Part shown: positions 34,779-48,983 of the stretch, piece by piece
Layout: every line of letters starts with the position of its first letter
Numbering within the stretch: position 1 is the first letter of the stretch
DNA from: Phoronis australis
Lineage: Eukaryota > Animalia > Phoronida
Direction: 5' to 3'
Assembly: GCA_002633005.1 (NCBI GenBank)
Contig: NMRA01000184.1
Coordinates: forward strand, 127,255-191,254
DNA length: 64,000 bases
The notes under the pieces: model-generated
The model's input: only the letters and a program-made list of their open reading frames with translations
What the model was told of the DNA's origin: nothing
Database searches by the model: none
Made by a program: the position numbers and the translations under genes

Positions 34779-35321
34779 GGTGCTTTCCCATTAGGTAAAA
34801 TTTGGTTTACCGAAGCTTCGCCAAAATTTTGCATACCTTTCCGACTAGACAGCGTTATCAAAGTTATCACTAAGATACCAGACAACACAATTCATTCATA
34901 CTCTCACATTAATATTGAGTAGTGGGTTCGAGGCTAACCGAGAATTGTTCTCCTGCCATTTATGAGTGTTTATGAAAATGATCAGTGTCATCCTTCATCA
35001 GATATTCTTTCTTTTATTTATTTATTTATGTGCGTCTATTGAGACCACATTGGTTCCGGTACTATAACAAAGAATGCATTTTGGGAGTCTCGCGTGGTAG
35101 TATATCGTTGCTGCGACCTGTACAGATTTCAGCGAAGTTTTGCTCTGACCTTTCCGTCACTACACTGAAGTTTCGGTGAGTACCAAAGCTTTGCTTTCAA
35201 GTTCTACTATTTTCGGCGAAATTTCGCTTGCAGATTACCATACGGTAACTACCAGAGTTAACCTTTCCCTCATACTGAGACTTTGGTAAAAGCGAAATTT
35301 CGCCTTAGATGGATAAGCACC
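34779..35321. mobile_element. Probable Harbinger-like MITE
   Basis: Ends GGTGCTTTCCCATTAGGTAAAATTT / AAATTTCGCCTTAGATGGATAAGCACC; internal GCGAAATTTCGC palindromes. Confidence 0.5.
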
Positions 35322-36950
35322 TTTGGGGTTTAAAAACATTACCACGCTCATTCGATCTTGAATTGTTACCAAATTAGCTTGCGACTCAAGTTACAAGCAG
35401 TGGTACCTGCACCATTTTCAAATTCGCATTATTTTAGGGCTGGCCAACCCCAATGAATTGTGAAGGTATTTGAGGAGTCTCTGATGGTTGTGATGTTCTT
35501 GTTGGTGACAAAAACAGAATCCTGTCACAGTAAGGAATATTAGGGAATTGATTTTGTGAGAGTACGACATCCAATTCTATTTTTACTTTTTAGCCAGCAA
35601 AATGTGGCGAAATTCAGCTTTAAGAAAATATTACTTGTACTTAAAAATAACACTGCAGAGAAAATCATTCTGATTTTTTATATCATAAAATGATAATTGA
35701 AATAGTAATGGATGCAATCCATAGTGAAGATTGTATCATCCTCATTTTGTTTTATAAAATTCTTCCTTATTCAATGTCTCAAATACAGAACAGGGTTTAT
35801 TTTTATACCAATCACTGGGTGAATGACAACGTTTAGTCATAATATTGCAATGTGAATATCCCTTTTCAAGGGTTAACTACAGGGTCAAAATGGGCTATCA
35901 AATTTGGAAAAGCGTGACACAGATTTGATAGCTCAATACCGTTAGAATTCAAGGAACTGATCCTTTTCAAATATTTAGAATTGGAGTTAAAGTTGAAGTG
36001 ATGGTAAACAAAGGCTGTGACTGGGACCTTCGATTTTTTATGATGGTTTTCAGCTGAAACATTTTTGTGATGTTCATTTGAATGTCATCTTTTCATAACT
36101 CCAATGACCCATGCATCAAACGAGGATAACTTCAATTTCTGTTAATTTCCAAAATCAGCCTAAAAGGTTTAACTAATTTGTAGTTTATATCAACACTCCA
36201 GGAGTGTAGGGGAGTTAGAGTGGTATATCAAAGGAAAGGTGTTTTACTTTTAGAGTTAGATTTAAATTTGGATTTTAGTGGGCTCGGGATTTTCCTCTTT
36301 TAAGAAGAATATACTCTTTTTTTGGTTGCGATTTCATTGTATTTGATTTTCAATTTCCTCCTTTATCATCTCTTTTTATCATGATTTTGACTTCATTCAT
36401 GCGCTAATGTTTATTTCAGTTAAATTTTACAACACAGAAAATATTTCTATGACACTAGCCTATTTTTGTCACCGGTCATTCCAAGTTCTGATTTTAGATC
36501 CAGTTTTCTTCAGTAGCGCAAGTTTATAACACATAGTCTTCATGCTTAACAGTGCATCACAATCATGAATTTCAATCCCAAAATGAGAAAATAGATGACA
36601 ATTAATTGGGTTTTTTTTGTAGTATTGTTTAAATGTGTCAAAATTGTTGGTAGGTTAGATGACTGCAGTGTGATTGGCTGCTCTCCCTCTGTGTGCTACA
36701 GAGTAACTATGGATGCTCACAGATAAAAGTGGCTATATATTGTTATCAAACTGATTGGTGCGATTGTCACGATTAAACGATCAGTTGCAGTGTCAATTTT
36801 TCTGAAAAAAATAGGACTGCAGTGTAAATGTGGCACTAGAAGATTTGTGTAACAATCAGATATGTATTACCAACACATTGTTTACCTGTTGATTAGATTG
36901 CTCTATTTGATGAATCACTTTTATGCAAAATGCTGACAGGTTTAACATAT

Positions 36951-37892
36951 AAGTCCTTTCATACTAATGTCGACGTGTCGATGTTTTGGTGAGTTGCGGT
37001 CAATCTGAATTAACGGTTACCTTCGGTGCTGAATCGAAGTTAACAGCGCCAGTTAACTTTGCAAGAAACAGGCGGATTTAACAGCGAAGCGTTGACGATG
37101 CGGTGCGGTATGAACAGTCAGCTGTGGTCTCATCGAAGTTATCGCTTGGGGCCAATGCTATCGTCAACAATTAGAGGCAGTGTCATCGCTAATAGTGGCT
37201 TATGTTTTGCTTGAATAATCACCAATCAAATTAGAAGTAAGTTTTATGTCAATTAGCACCCATAAATGTTCTCAAATTGTCCCATTAAAAAATCTTAGCC
37301 CGATCAGGATGCATCAGCACTACCTTGTGATTACTTCGATGATAATAGTGCCGTTTACACTTACAAAATTGACGCGGATCTGCTGACACGGAACGAGTTG
37401 TTCCAGTGTGTAAATGAACTGACACGGAGCAAATTGACACCGCGGTGACAAATTTTTGCCACCCGTTGGTGAGGTAGAGCAATTTGCGCCCGAACATCTT
37501 GCGCCGTGTCAATTATAAGTCTAAACGCGAAACTGGAGTAAGGCGGAAAGGATCATCTCTACTGCGCTTGTGCAATGACCTTGATACGGGGTCTTTGTCT
37601 CTGCAACTCCCGTCATTTGTAAACCTGCGCATGTGCGATTCAGTCTCTCCAGCCTGCAATTTTTGTCTTGCCATGGTTAGTGAGTTGTGTGTGTAAGCGG
37701 TCACTTGACACGGGCCAATTTGCTCCGTGTCAGTTGCGCTGGGCCAAAAGTTGATGTCTAAACGGGACTTAAATAACATCACCCACTGTTTACTTCGATG
37801 CCAGTATGAAGCTGGTATGAATGGTTCATTTAATTTCTCAGTTTACGTCAATGCTCCGCTCATACTGGAGTTAAGTTAGTATGAAAGGGCCT
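36951..37892 (-). mobile_element. Harbinger-like MITE family A, copy 2 (reverse), interrupted by a family B copy
   Basis: Termini AAGTCCTTTCATACTAA / TTAGTATGAAAGGGCCT; the two halves rejoin to the family A consensus when 37347-37769 is removed. Confidence 0.85.
37347..37769 (+). mobile_element. Harbinger-like MITE family B nested in family A
   Basis: TIR AGTGCCGTTTACAC / GTCTAAACGGGACT. Confidence 0.85.
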
Positions 37893-38159
37893 ATGAGTTA
37901 TGTCCTGAATTAAGTGCCGTAAACAGTACAGTTATTCCCACTAGGTCTAGTTGTAGTGTGAATGCTACTTGGGCTCAGGGACATCTTGACACTTGTGGGA
38001 CAATCTATCCCACCGTATTTAAGGAGGTAGGGTAACTTGATTTAAGGTTTACTGCCCCAGTGCAAGTCGTAGTGTGGATGGAAACTTGCAGACAAGGCGG
38101 AAGTATAATTGCCAGCTGTGTGCTTGCTCATTTGCATACATAGAGTTGTCTTAATCATT

Positions 38160-38497
38160 TTTGCTCCATATTTGTTACGTGGTGGCGCAAGTTGTTCTTA
38201 GGGTAATTCGTAGTGTGGACACAACTTAAGTGTGACTGTGCCATCAAAGACACTGTTCGGCATGCTCACATAAACAAAAGCGAATTTCCAAATCATGTGG
38301 AATGACAGTGGGTCACCTGTATATACACCATTGCACAAGAGCATTGAAAGATGGTCAGATTCCTCCCTGCCCCAGTTGTGTTTAGACGTGTAATTGACAC
38401 TGCATGAAGCAACTGATCGAGTGTAGCTCGCTCTACCTCTCAAACCGTTGCACAAATGGCCGCCGCCAAGTGTCAACTTGCTCTGTGTCTGTTGTGC

Positions 38498-38545
<48 letters not shown>

Positions 38546-38607
38546 GCCCAATCAGCTGTTCCATGTTAGTTCCTCCGTGACAAGCTGTCTCCTTGTAAAA
38601 TGTGGCT
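38160..38607 (-). mobile_element. MITE family C (related to B), containing a (CA)n microsatellite at about 38499-38540
   Basis: Reverse complement aligns with 60105-60527 (AGGTAGAGC...TACACGTCTAAACACAACTGGGGCAGG...). Confidence 0.7.
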
Positions 38608-40389
38608 ATATGTAAATACATGTGTACCATACCTACTATCAGGCAATTGCGACATTCACAACTGTTTAAAAAGCCTTTGAAAATGAAAAAAACACCAATC
38701 CTGGCTGTTTTTCTGAAATTGTCAAGATTTTATGTACTTGAAAAATCCTTGTCGTACTTGACACCATGTATACCATGACTGGCTCCGCTTGGCAAGTGGT
38801 CTGGCCATGTTAAAGTCAAGAAGAATTTGATACCAAGTATTTATTGGGATGAATAGAAATTCAATTTCCTGCTTGTGAGCAAACTTGTATTGTTGACATG
38901 GTCATTTCATTTACAAGTAACCTAGGACTGTCACGCTTGTGTGTTTTGAGGCTATTTGATCTCTGGACATTACAAATGAAATGTCTTGTGTATTATTAAC
39001 CAGGGATGGTTGTTTTCGTTTAATATCCCTTGCACAAAACACTGTTTACCACCATCGCTAACTTAAAACGTTTGGAGATATTTTCACAGTTTTTCGACTT
39101 CAAAAAATGTGTCAATTAGAGTCCACAGTGATATTTGTGTTGCCTATGATAGGTTTTTACAGGTGGAGCACAAATTGTCATAGGTGTAGTGTAGCCTTAC
39201 AAAGTGTGTAAGGTTAAAACCAGGCATTTTGTACCCTCGTACTAATGCTTGGGTCTCAGTTTGTGACTACTGGTAAATAACCTATAGGCTTAGGTATACT
39301 TCACATTCAAAATTTCTAGTAATAAGATAGCTGTCAGTTCATGGTTGGCCAGTGAAAAATCTGGGGATGAAAATCTTCTCCCTGATCAAATGTGACCCTC
39401 TTCATCACATCTATTGATGTGTCTTTCGAAATGATTTGGACTGTAGGTCAGCTATTGGTTAGGGGGTGCTCAACTAATCATTTTATCACTTCAAATCTAT
39501 TTATTCTTGTCCTTTGGTTGATCACCATTTTGGCAATTCAGTCATGTAATAGGCTTTGAGAGGATTAAGTTTTGATAACTTTCCACAGTTGATATCAAAT
39601 TTTGCATTGGTGTATGCGGTTTAAAGTTATATTGAGCACATGTACATCGTACATCGACAAATCAAATATGGCCAATGTAAGGTAAAATAAATCTATTCAT
39701 TAAAACACCATAAACTATCAAACATGAGCTCTATTCCAACCATGGTACATAGAAAACAAAGTGCTACCTTCCTTAATTAACTTATTTCAGGACTCAATTT
39801 TTTGTGACCATCGCAAAATTAAACCAGAACATTTAACACTCACAGTTGAGTGAAAGGGGGTGTCCCAAGGTAATAGTCTTAATACCTTAATAGCACTTGG
39901 TGAGGATCCTTGAGGTGTACAGTTCCACTTGTCCACATTTTGCTAAATTTTTAGTCATTCTTCTGTGTCTATTAAGTTATTTGATTCTGGCCACCATAAA
40001 CATGATAAAGACAGTTGAAAGTATTTGTTTACTTTAACCTTCCCAGTTGCATGGCTGTAAAAAGCTCAACTTTTCAGTTTGCCTTGCACTTATTCACCTG
40101 TGGAAACCCTCTAAATGCAACTGACCCTTGCTATGGTGTCCAGTTAGTTCATTGTGATGGCTTGCTCTTTACAATGAGTGTTTATTTAACAAAGAAAGAC
40201 ATGTATACTTTATGTAGATGCCTATCTCCCATATCTGTGCAAATCATTGTGCCATATGAAGTGCGTCTGTCACCAAAACACTTTTGACCTATCGTAAAAC
40301 AATAAATTTTTGCCTCCTAGCTTAAGTAACATTTTCCTGGTATAGTTATGTGATATTACAACCCAGGACTCTCCAAGATCCTGGACAAT

Positions 40390-40697
40390 GAGGGATATTC
40401 CTGGACTACGCCTTTGCGCCATTAGCACATCAAAAAATAAAAAGGCGCAAGTACATTGCAGCAGTGGGCCCCCCGGGCGCATCTTTTAAAACGCAACAAG
40501 ATTCTACTCAACTTACAGCCAGTCAGGTAAAACATTACTCTGTTGTTATTTTGATTGCCCTTGGGGTTTCTGTTTCACGTGTTACCACTTTATTTACACT
40601 AAGTCTGTTGGGCACAACTTTTTGAAAAAAAGGCACACTTTTTATCATCAGGTGCGCCCAAAGGGCACATGTTCAAACCTGGTCAGGAATATCCCTG
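40390..40697 (-). mobile_element. hAT-like MITE (family G)
   Basis: TIR (C/G)AGGGATATTCCTG / CAGGAATATCCCTG; reverse-complement homolog of 59248-59557. Confidence 0.75.
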
Positions 40698-40764
40698 GAG
40701 GGGTCTCATATTCATAATGGGCAGAGGTGTGTTAAACAAAGCTGCCTATCACCTGGGTTTTTAA

Positions 40765-41175
40765 GGTTATCAGACCCTATAAAAATGTCCAAATCTGACA
40801 AACTTCGGAACATCACATCTTAGAGATGGATGATCAGAAGCAAATGAAACTTTCTTATAATGTGCTTCATACACAGTTCTCCAAAATCTTGTTAGGAATT
40901 GCTAGTAGCACAACATTGAGATTTTATATTAGACATTTATATCAAACAAAATTTAGTCATGTTATTGATGACGTTGTTTTGCCATAAATCTTTCTTTTTT
41001 GTTAAATTTCGTTGAAAAGGTATGGTGACCCAATTCATTAGATATTCATATAAGTTGCTAATGAAATTAAGCATGCATTCTGCTTTTCGAAAATGTATAC
41101 TTTTGAGTTAAGCTTTAGTTATAGTTTGCAGATATTTGGCTGAATGCAGACTGATGTCAACAAGGTCCTACAACT
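40765..41175. mobile_element. Fragment of the same Kolobok-like dispersed repeat
   Basis: TTAA|GGTTATCAGACCCTA terminus; homology to 2600-2922, 16300-16395 and 15820-15860. Confidence 0.6.
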
Positions 41176-42117
41176 AGTTGAATGTTAATCTTTCAGAAAA
41201 CAGAAAACTAGGCCTACCTGGCCCTTGTTACTATGACAATCATATGTACAAACAGGTGATGGTCTGCCGTCTCGGGTCGACTTCTTCAGAAAAAATAGGT
41301 TACAAGTGTTCCTCTATGAGGTGAAATTAGACCCATTTCAAAACCTACAAATCAGATCGTGAAGAAAGTCTCCCATATCAATACAAAATTTCTTATGCAC
41401 TCGTTTCATTATCTGACTAGAAATGACCCATTTTGATCTGCACTGCTGGAGACTGCCATGTTATATCAAAATTATCGCAGCTAATGCCAGCAAAATTTTA
41501 ATGTTGCACACTGAGTTTTAATGTAGACACCAGAAAAGTTGACGTGGTGGGGTAAACGTAGGTCCTTAACTATAAACATGAACAGACGTACATTATTTTT
41601 TCCTGCTGACTTTTCCTTGAAATGTTATTAAATGATCATGAACAAAAGCACATGCAATCCACAACATTTAGCAATGCGAAGCTGTTGAAACTACGCTAAT
41701 TCCAGTGCAACTGTTGCGGAAAATAAACTATTGAAAATAGTATTGTGAGAAATAAATTTTTCAATAAAAAGATTAGACCTTGAGCCCTGATTGTCACCTC
41801 CTCGTGGTTGTGTGGTGTTTTAAAACAAATCTTTACTTCCATTTCTGAGCTTGACCAGTGTTATGGTGATTGGCTTTTCTGGCACTAATATAGAATTTTA
41901 CTGTACATTGCTGTGGACAATGACCTCCTCTGTTCAAGTATGATGTAGTGGACCAGATGGTCATGAGCTAAGGAAGGATATTGGTCCTAGGTCATGAGCT
42001 ATTCTATGTGAATGAACAAGTTGTGTCCAGGCCTATATATTTATATATGTATGTATATATGTATCTATTATATAAAATGCATCGTTTGCACAAACTCCGT
42101 CTCCCCCGCCTCATTAG

Positions 42118-42589
42118 TAGACAGGGACCACCGGCTCTAGCTGGCCCCAGCAGAGACGCTGGAGCTCTTATAGGCGTTTCATAGGTCGGAAGCTTTTTGC
42201 CAAATTACGCCTCACACTGATTAAAATGTCAAAGTCACGTTGTTATTAGTATCTTTTGTGCCTAGAGGTACACCTTAGGAGGCCATCGATGTCTTTAATT
42301 CCTTCCAACTTGAACAAATACTCCCGTAATCGAACTTTTTCTTCGAGCAGTCCTTCTTTCAGTTACCCGAATTGGCAACTGGCCATTTTTACACTGCGCA
42401 CGCTCCTATTTTTTCCACGCCCATTAAGAGCAACGGCCTCCTATGCACAAAAGGTTATTGTAACAAAGTGACTTTGATGTTTTAATCAGTGTGAGGCATA
42501 ATTCGTGGAAAAGCTTCCGGGGTATGAAGCCCCTATAGGAGCTTCACCATCTATACTGGGGCTAGCTAGAGACGGTGGTTACCGTCTAT
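42118..42589. mobile_element. MITE with about 150-bp inverted arms; partial relative at about 1693-1935
   Basis: TAGACAGGGACCACCGGCTCTAGCTGGCCCCAG...CTTTTGTGCCTAGAGG mirrored at 42437-42589; internal sequence shared with 1697-1930. Confidence 0.8.
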
Positions 42590-44964
42590 TGTCTTGGAAG
42601 CATTGATCAGTTAGTGGTAGTGGTATTACCGGTAATTGTCTGTATTACCGGTAATTGTCTCGGGTAGAGTTTGCTTTCATTTGGTTTGTCTCATATACTC
42701 TTTTTCACCACCCCCAGATATTCGATTGTCTCTAGAGAACTTCAGGACAGATTTGCATATAATCTGTAGTGGTCAGATTAACTCCAGTAATCCTTAGCAA
42801 GAGCAGAATTGTTATATGTCCCCCTTGCCAAATGTGTGGTGTCTGCCACTTGCATTGTATTCTATTGTGAAGTGGTCCCATGTTTCTTTGGTATATACCC
42901 AGCCTTGTTTGTTTGTAGTTTGGATTTTCCTGTCAGTTGGTCAGACCTTTAGCCCTAAGAAGTTGCAGGAAAATATTAAAAACTAGTTGAGCGCAGTTGT
43001 TAAATTTTAGAAAACGAAAATGTTGTATTTGTGAAAGTAAAAACATTATACTTCTTGATTCCTCTGTCCTTCCACTTATCGATTCATATAAATGACTTAT
43101 GGTAGATAATTAAAAAGCTGCATGTTAATTAGTGAGACAAAATTATATCTATAATTTAGACTTTTAATTCTTGTAAAAAATTAGATACATATCGTGCTTC
43201 AAATGTTGGTGTATCACAAGCTTTCCAATTTTCGTTATCGCAAAAGGATTTTTGTCTTCTCGACTTGTTGCTTTAGTCCCATTATGTAACCAGAGTTCGT
43301 TGACCAATGCATACATACTTACATTCAGTTGGTTTCTTATCATAATAAGTTTAGAATTGCTTCTTTTTCAACTGTTAGTAATAATGCATTTGTTTGAGGT
43401 TTCAGAAGGTAATTCTGAAAATCTACCTGAGTTAATGTATCTATGCGTAGGTTAATTTAGGGGGCTCAGGGGCTTGCCACCCCTATGAACACAACCAAAA
43501 AAACATAAAAAGCTGTTTTAGGGCATCTATGGACATTTTTCATACATAAATTTTGGCTACACTCACTTATGGCAAAGTTCTATGCTTGGCCACTGTTGGG
43601 TAGTGAAGTATATCAGACTTAAGAAAAGGTTGCTGGGGAAATGAAAATGATACCCGTTTTATCCCCTTTTTGTTTGATGGATTGGTAGTGCAGTTTGAAA
43701 TGTCAAAATGATCAACATATCATTCGTTCCATTTGGCAGCGCCCTGGGGTAAAAAGATGAGGACGACAGATGACACATGATGCTATTTTGATGGGTGCGT
43801 TTCTCAACAAGGTCAATAATTTCACTTGGGAACAATGATAGTCTCCTGGAGCAATAAAAAATTGCCTAGCTGCAGGCAGATTTGAGATTTGACATGATGG
43901 AGGCCTGACTACTGGCGACAAACACTCAAATGTTTTGTAATGGTTGTTCATGGAAGGAGGTAGCTTAATTGGATTTAAAATCCATCCATTTTATCCTCTC
44001 AATTATCTGTCGTATGCACTCTGCTGTGATCATCTGTCCTTGTTAAAGATAAACTGCATTAAAAATTTCAATTTCTTTCATTTGGCAGCAAGTTATCTGT
44101 ACAAGAATACATTCAACAAATCCGGACAAAAATCTCAACATGAACTCTTATATTTTGTAATCTTGTCAACTGTTAGAAATATTTTTGCTGTTACTGAAAA
44201 AACAATCCCATTTTTGGTAAATTCACCACCCATATTTCTCAATTTCGAAAACTATCTAACTATCTGCAATTTCTCTGGTATGGTCGATGTTAGGTAGCTG
44301 TTAACTTTAAGAAAATAGATATACCAAACATTTGCAAAATCTGATCTGGACCCTGGGTTTAACCTAATTTGTACTGGAGATTATTTTTGCCATGTTCTGT
44401 TCTTCTTTGGTGCCAACTCAAGATTAGTGTCTATTATTCCATACATAAGGTTTGTGCTGAGGACTGTCTAATCCCAGTTTGCACTTGATGACCCCAGTAT
44501 TAAGCTATAGTTTGGAGTCTGAACTCGAAATCTGAAATCATGAGTTTCCACTCAACATCTTGAGAGTTTTTACTCAAGTTTGTTGCTCGAATTTAGAGGT
44601 CATTAAGTGCAAAGCTGGACTGCCAGACGTCTGCCTAAATCATAATAAACTGGAGCACAGAATGGTAGACACTTAATTTTGAGTTTGTATTAAGTCCTCA
44701 CACACAGGAATAAGAAAATAATGTCCTGGGGCCAAAGTTCAGGTAGTGTAAAGAGGGGTATGTTGGCTCTGGTGGAAAACTTGCAACTTGTTCAAGATCA
44801 CATGTCACTTGTGAGTACAAGTTCAGTAAGGGCTTTGTTCTGTTTGAATAATGTTGTTTTCCTAGGTTGTGTGGCTTATTAACTCATATTTAGTTATTAT
44901 GCATTACCATGTAATGGTTTAGTGTTATAAAAACATATCATTCAAATTGAGGTAGGTTTCTATT

Positions 44965-45503
44965 GCTGTGTTCAGACTGGCATCTAAACAAGCCCATGTT
45001 GCAACTTGTGCTTATTTAAGCTGTCCAGTGAATAAAAGTTAAACCAGTGCCACTTGACAGGGTGTGACAACTTACCTCACCTCTTTGAGGTGTTGCAACT
45101 TGCACCTGATCAACTTGTCCCTCTTCAAGTGACCGTGTAGACAGCAAACTGGGGCAAGGCAGAAGCAATGTTCAGCTATGACTTTATCTGAATAATAAAT
45201 CACTGCTTTTTGCGCCATTTACAGATTTCACAATGAACTTTCATTGCTAACGTACAGTGAATAAAATAAAGCACGTAATCAAAAACTTCAGTGAACTCAG
45301 TCACGAACAGTTCTTTCTAGATGTTCAGCCATTTTGCAGTTGTGTGTCCGGTAATACTAAACGTACTAGAATGACATGCACCTAGTGATTTGTACCCTGT
45401 TCCACTTTGTTGACACTTGTGGGATTGTCTTCTGGATACCTCCTGTCATTCCGGTCAAGTTAGGTGCAACTTGAGCTACTTTAAGTGCCTGGTTGGACAC
45501 ACT
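44965..45503. mobile_element. Degenerate Harbinger-like MITE
   Basis: Ends GCTGTGTTCAGACTGGCA / TGCCTGGTTGGACACACT; shares AAACTGGGGCAAGG and GCAACTTG motifs with families B and C. Confidence 0.5.
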
Positions 45504-46071
45504 TTTAACATAGCAGAAATGGTTGCTCATTGAATATCCAATTTGCATATACGTGAAAATTAAATGACCAATGTNGAGAATGAAACAAGTATGTTTCGAA
45601 ATATCGTGTGTCTTTTAATTATGTCGCTAGGTCAGTTACTGTATCTATGTTCAGTAGAGAGTAGAGTTTTGTTCAGAAAGTATGAACGCAACGGAATAAA
45701 GACCGTGAACAATGAAAAGTGTCGTGTATTCAACAAATTCTGTATAACGTACAGTGAATAAAATAAAGCACGTAATCAAAAACTTCAGTGAACTCCGTCA
45801 CGAACAGTTCTTTCTAGATGTTCAGCCATTTTGCAGTTGTGTGTCCGGTAATACTAAACGTACTAGAATGACATGCACCTAGTGATTTGTACCCTGTTCC
45901 ACTTTGTTGACACTTGTGGGATTGTCTTCTGGATACCTCCTGCCATTCCGGTCAAGTTAGGTGCAACTTGAGCTACTTTAAGTGCCTGGTTGGACACACT
46001 TTTAACATAGCAGAAATGGTTGCTCATTGAATATCCAATTTGCATATACGTGAAAATTAAATGACCAATGT
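45248..46071. other. Probable assembly artefact: 327-bp direct duplicate (45248-45574, 45745-46071) across a single N at 45575
   Basis: Copies differ at only about 2 positions; the first copy ends exactly at the N. Confidence 0.8.
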
Positions 46072-47568
46072 TTTAGGCATAAACAGTAACGCTTGTGCCA
46101 TTACGACATGTTAATGTACATTTACCTTGTTTGACAGCAAAGCCACTTTTCTTTCAGGAGTTAACCAACACAACATGGTGTTGTTCATTGCTACTGCATT
46201 GAGCAATGTGGAAAAAATCGAAAAACATTTTACTTCATGACACCGTATTTCACTGAGTGTAATTTCTTATGCTCTGTAACTCGTGAGTTTGTGGATTGTC
46301 CTTAGGTTCGTTTTTGGTGTATATAAATTCCCTGCGCTCATTGTGACTGATACCAACATTTCTGAATCTAAATCTCTGGCCTCGAACTTAAATCTCCAGC
46401 TTATTTTAAAAATTTCTGCTCTTTTGTTGTGTGAGCTTGAGTTGAAGTTCTTTTTATTTTGTGCTCGGTTACATTATGATGTGGAAGAGGTATGAATAGG
46501 TACATAATCCAAGTTCTCAGTGACTACTAGATTCAAGCTCTAGAAATTCAAACTCCAACTTAGTTATGTTTTTTGGTCATCAAAAACCAAAATCAAAGAC
46601 ACTTATCTTAAGTTTATACTAAATTGAACCAAAACTTCAAAAACATAGTTTGAACATAGGATTTTGGGCCGATGTGCTATGGGTCAGTCGACTAATTACA
46701 GTATTTTTCAAAAAAGAACCTCCCGTTTCTCTGAAAATTTTCAGCAAAGTCATTTTTTCCAGCACAACGTAACACGTGAACAGGCTCTGATCCTGCAGTG
46801 ATTACAGGTGTTTAATGTAGCCATATAGAAAAGTGCAAAACAAGTAAAAAAATCATTTCCTGTCATTAATTTCCATCAAAAAGAAAGTTTTCATTTTGGC
46901 GTTAAGTGACCCATTAGTGTGTAAAGCTATACCCTGTCAGCTGACTGTGCCACTAGCTTTACCACTTAAGGAAGAAAACCCTGGTCATTTGGACCAACAC
47001 CACTTGGATTTTGCCCAATGGCTGTGTCCATGTTTTAAGTGGTTGCCAATTAAATTAACCATATATTACTCATAATTATTCTCAGGAAATTTTAGGACCA
47101 GAAATAACTGAGTAGTGAGCTCATTCTGGGAAAACAAGTGTTGAACATTTATTTTTACTGGCATTAATGGCATTCTTAAAGTGTTTTGACATTGAACAGT
47201 GTTTTTTCACTCTCAATAAATAAATAAATAGTGGTTGAGACTTTTTTAACTTCAGTAAATGAAGAAAGTACCTACATTCATCAATTAAGTGCCCATAGTT
47301 TAAATAAAACATCTTTGCAATGCTTGGCTATCATTGTACCAATAGCTAGTGGGATTTTACCAGAACCACCCATGATGCTTTAGTTGGGGTGTGGCCATAG
47401 CGCTGAGCATGGACTCATAAAAATGAAATTTTTGAGAAATCTGGTAATGCAGATATTACATGTTCGTAATAAGCTGGACACCAATCAAGGGAATGCTTTC
47501 ACCATATTTTGCTGATGAGTGCAGTCAATGAGATAAATTATACAGCTCATTGAGTACCCATTATCACA

Positions 47569-47907
47569 AGACCCGTCCACACACAGCTTTCCCTAGAACA
47601 ACTTGCACTAGTGCAACTTACCCCACTTTTATGTGGAACGTCCACACACACTGATATCCAATAACTAGGGTAAGGCGGTATTTTTGCAATGTCCGTGACA
47701 ATGAACACCTATTGCCAATGTGGCACGAAAGAGAAAACTTGTCTGTATGTTACTGCAGCAGGTAATTACTTCCGTCTTACCCCACTTTTACGGTCACAGC
47801 GCCATAGAAGTGGTGCAAGTTACCCTCAAACAAGTTACCCCACCTCTTAGCAACAACTCCTTCCAGGTGTAAGTTGTTCAAGGGTGAATTTGTGCGTGGA
47901 CGGCACT
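47569..47907. mobile_element. Harbinger-like MITE with 3-bp TSD ACA
   Basis: TIR AGACCCGTCCACACAC / GTGCGTGGACGGCACT; ACA on both flanks; repeated CAACTT/AAGTTACCCC motifs. Confidence 0.75.
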
Positions 47908-48983
47908 ACAGTGTTAGACTATGCACATGCACCAAAAGAACCATTTTGCTAGAGTATGGATATTGATGCTGACTCAGATTGTTAGGCTACTCAAATTTTT
48001 GAAGCACTGTGTTTTTTTAAATGCTAGTGTTTTAGGTCCAAAATAACATGGCAACGCAAATATTTGTTATTAGATTGTTAAAATGAAAAGCAGAATGTAC
48101 GTAAAGAAGTTGAGTACATCACTAGCTTGTTACAGCTTAGGTTGTCTAGTCATTTTAATCATGGCATTTATGTTTACTTAATTAACGAGTTTTTGTTGAA
48201 CTAATGTGACTTGTATTGAAGACATGGTATTAGTTTGTGTTTGTGTTTGATTAGTAGATTTAGAGCTATTGTAATTCCCAGTTGTTTACTGAATAACTGG
48301 TAAACACTATAGGTGGGTACAGCTCTTTAAAAGATCAAATAATTGTCTTGGTCATCTTTGGAGATCTTAACCCCTTCACACAAAGCAACCAACTGGCATA
48401 GTAAAAAGTGTAATTTTGGGAATAGACCTTATGTAGTTGTCGGTAAAAATCTACCAACAATAATTGCTAAAACTGTCAGAAACTTAACCACTTCGCTCCT
48501 TTTGCGTATTGTGCATGTGTCAAAAATGATGCAGAACTGGCTTTTCACAGGACTTAACTCTCCTGCTTGAGGAGTTTGTAAACTGTGTAGTTGAACATTT
48601 CAGACTTAATCCAGTATTAAAATCACAGCAATTTAAGACACAGTATGGCAGACTGGTGGAATTTTTATCTCATTTTTCATAAATGATATCCGGTACCAGA
48701 ATGATGCTTTACCATAGCTACTAAACAGAAAATACTTTGAAAAATTGTGGGCATTCACGATGCTTGAAATAAAATCCATTTGACAATTATTTCTGTTCGA
48801 AATTGGTGTGATTTTACTATATCATAGCTTGATGTGTGTGTCATCGAAGTTATCACAAGGTGGCGATCTGAAAAAGTCATGCAGGCGTATTTTTTTTAAA
48901 TTTGAAATGTCCTGAAAATGATCGGATAAGAGGGCTGATACATAAACATTTTTGAGTTTTTCAAGTTATCATATAATGCAACT

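Noticed and set aside
32438-37782. Similar ORFs at 32438 and 37484 (also 45366/45863 and 38198/60227) suggesting a small gene family
   Set aside because: They are translations of MITE copies or gap duplicates, with no conserved frame or protein motif.
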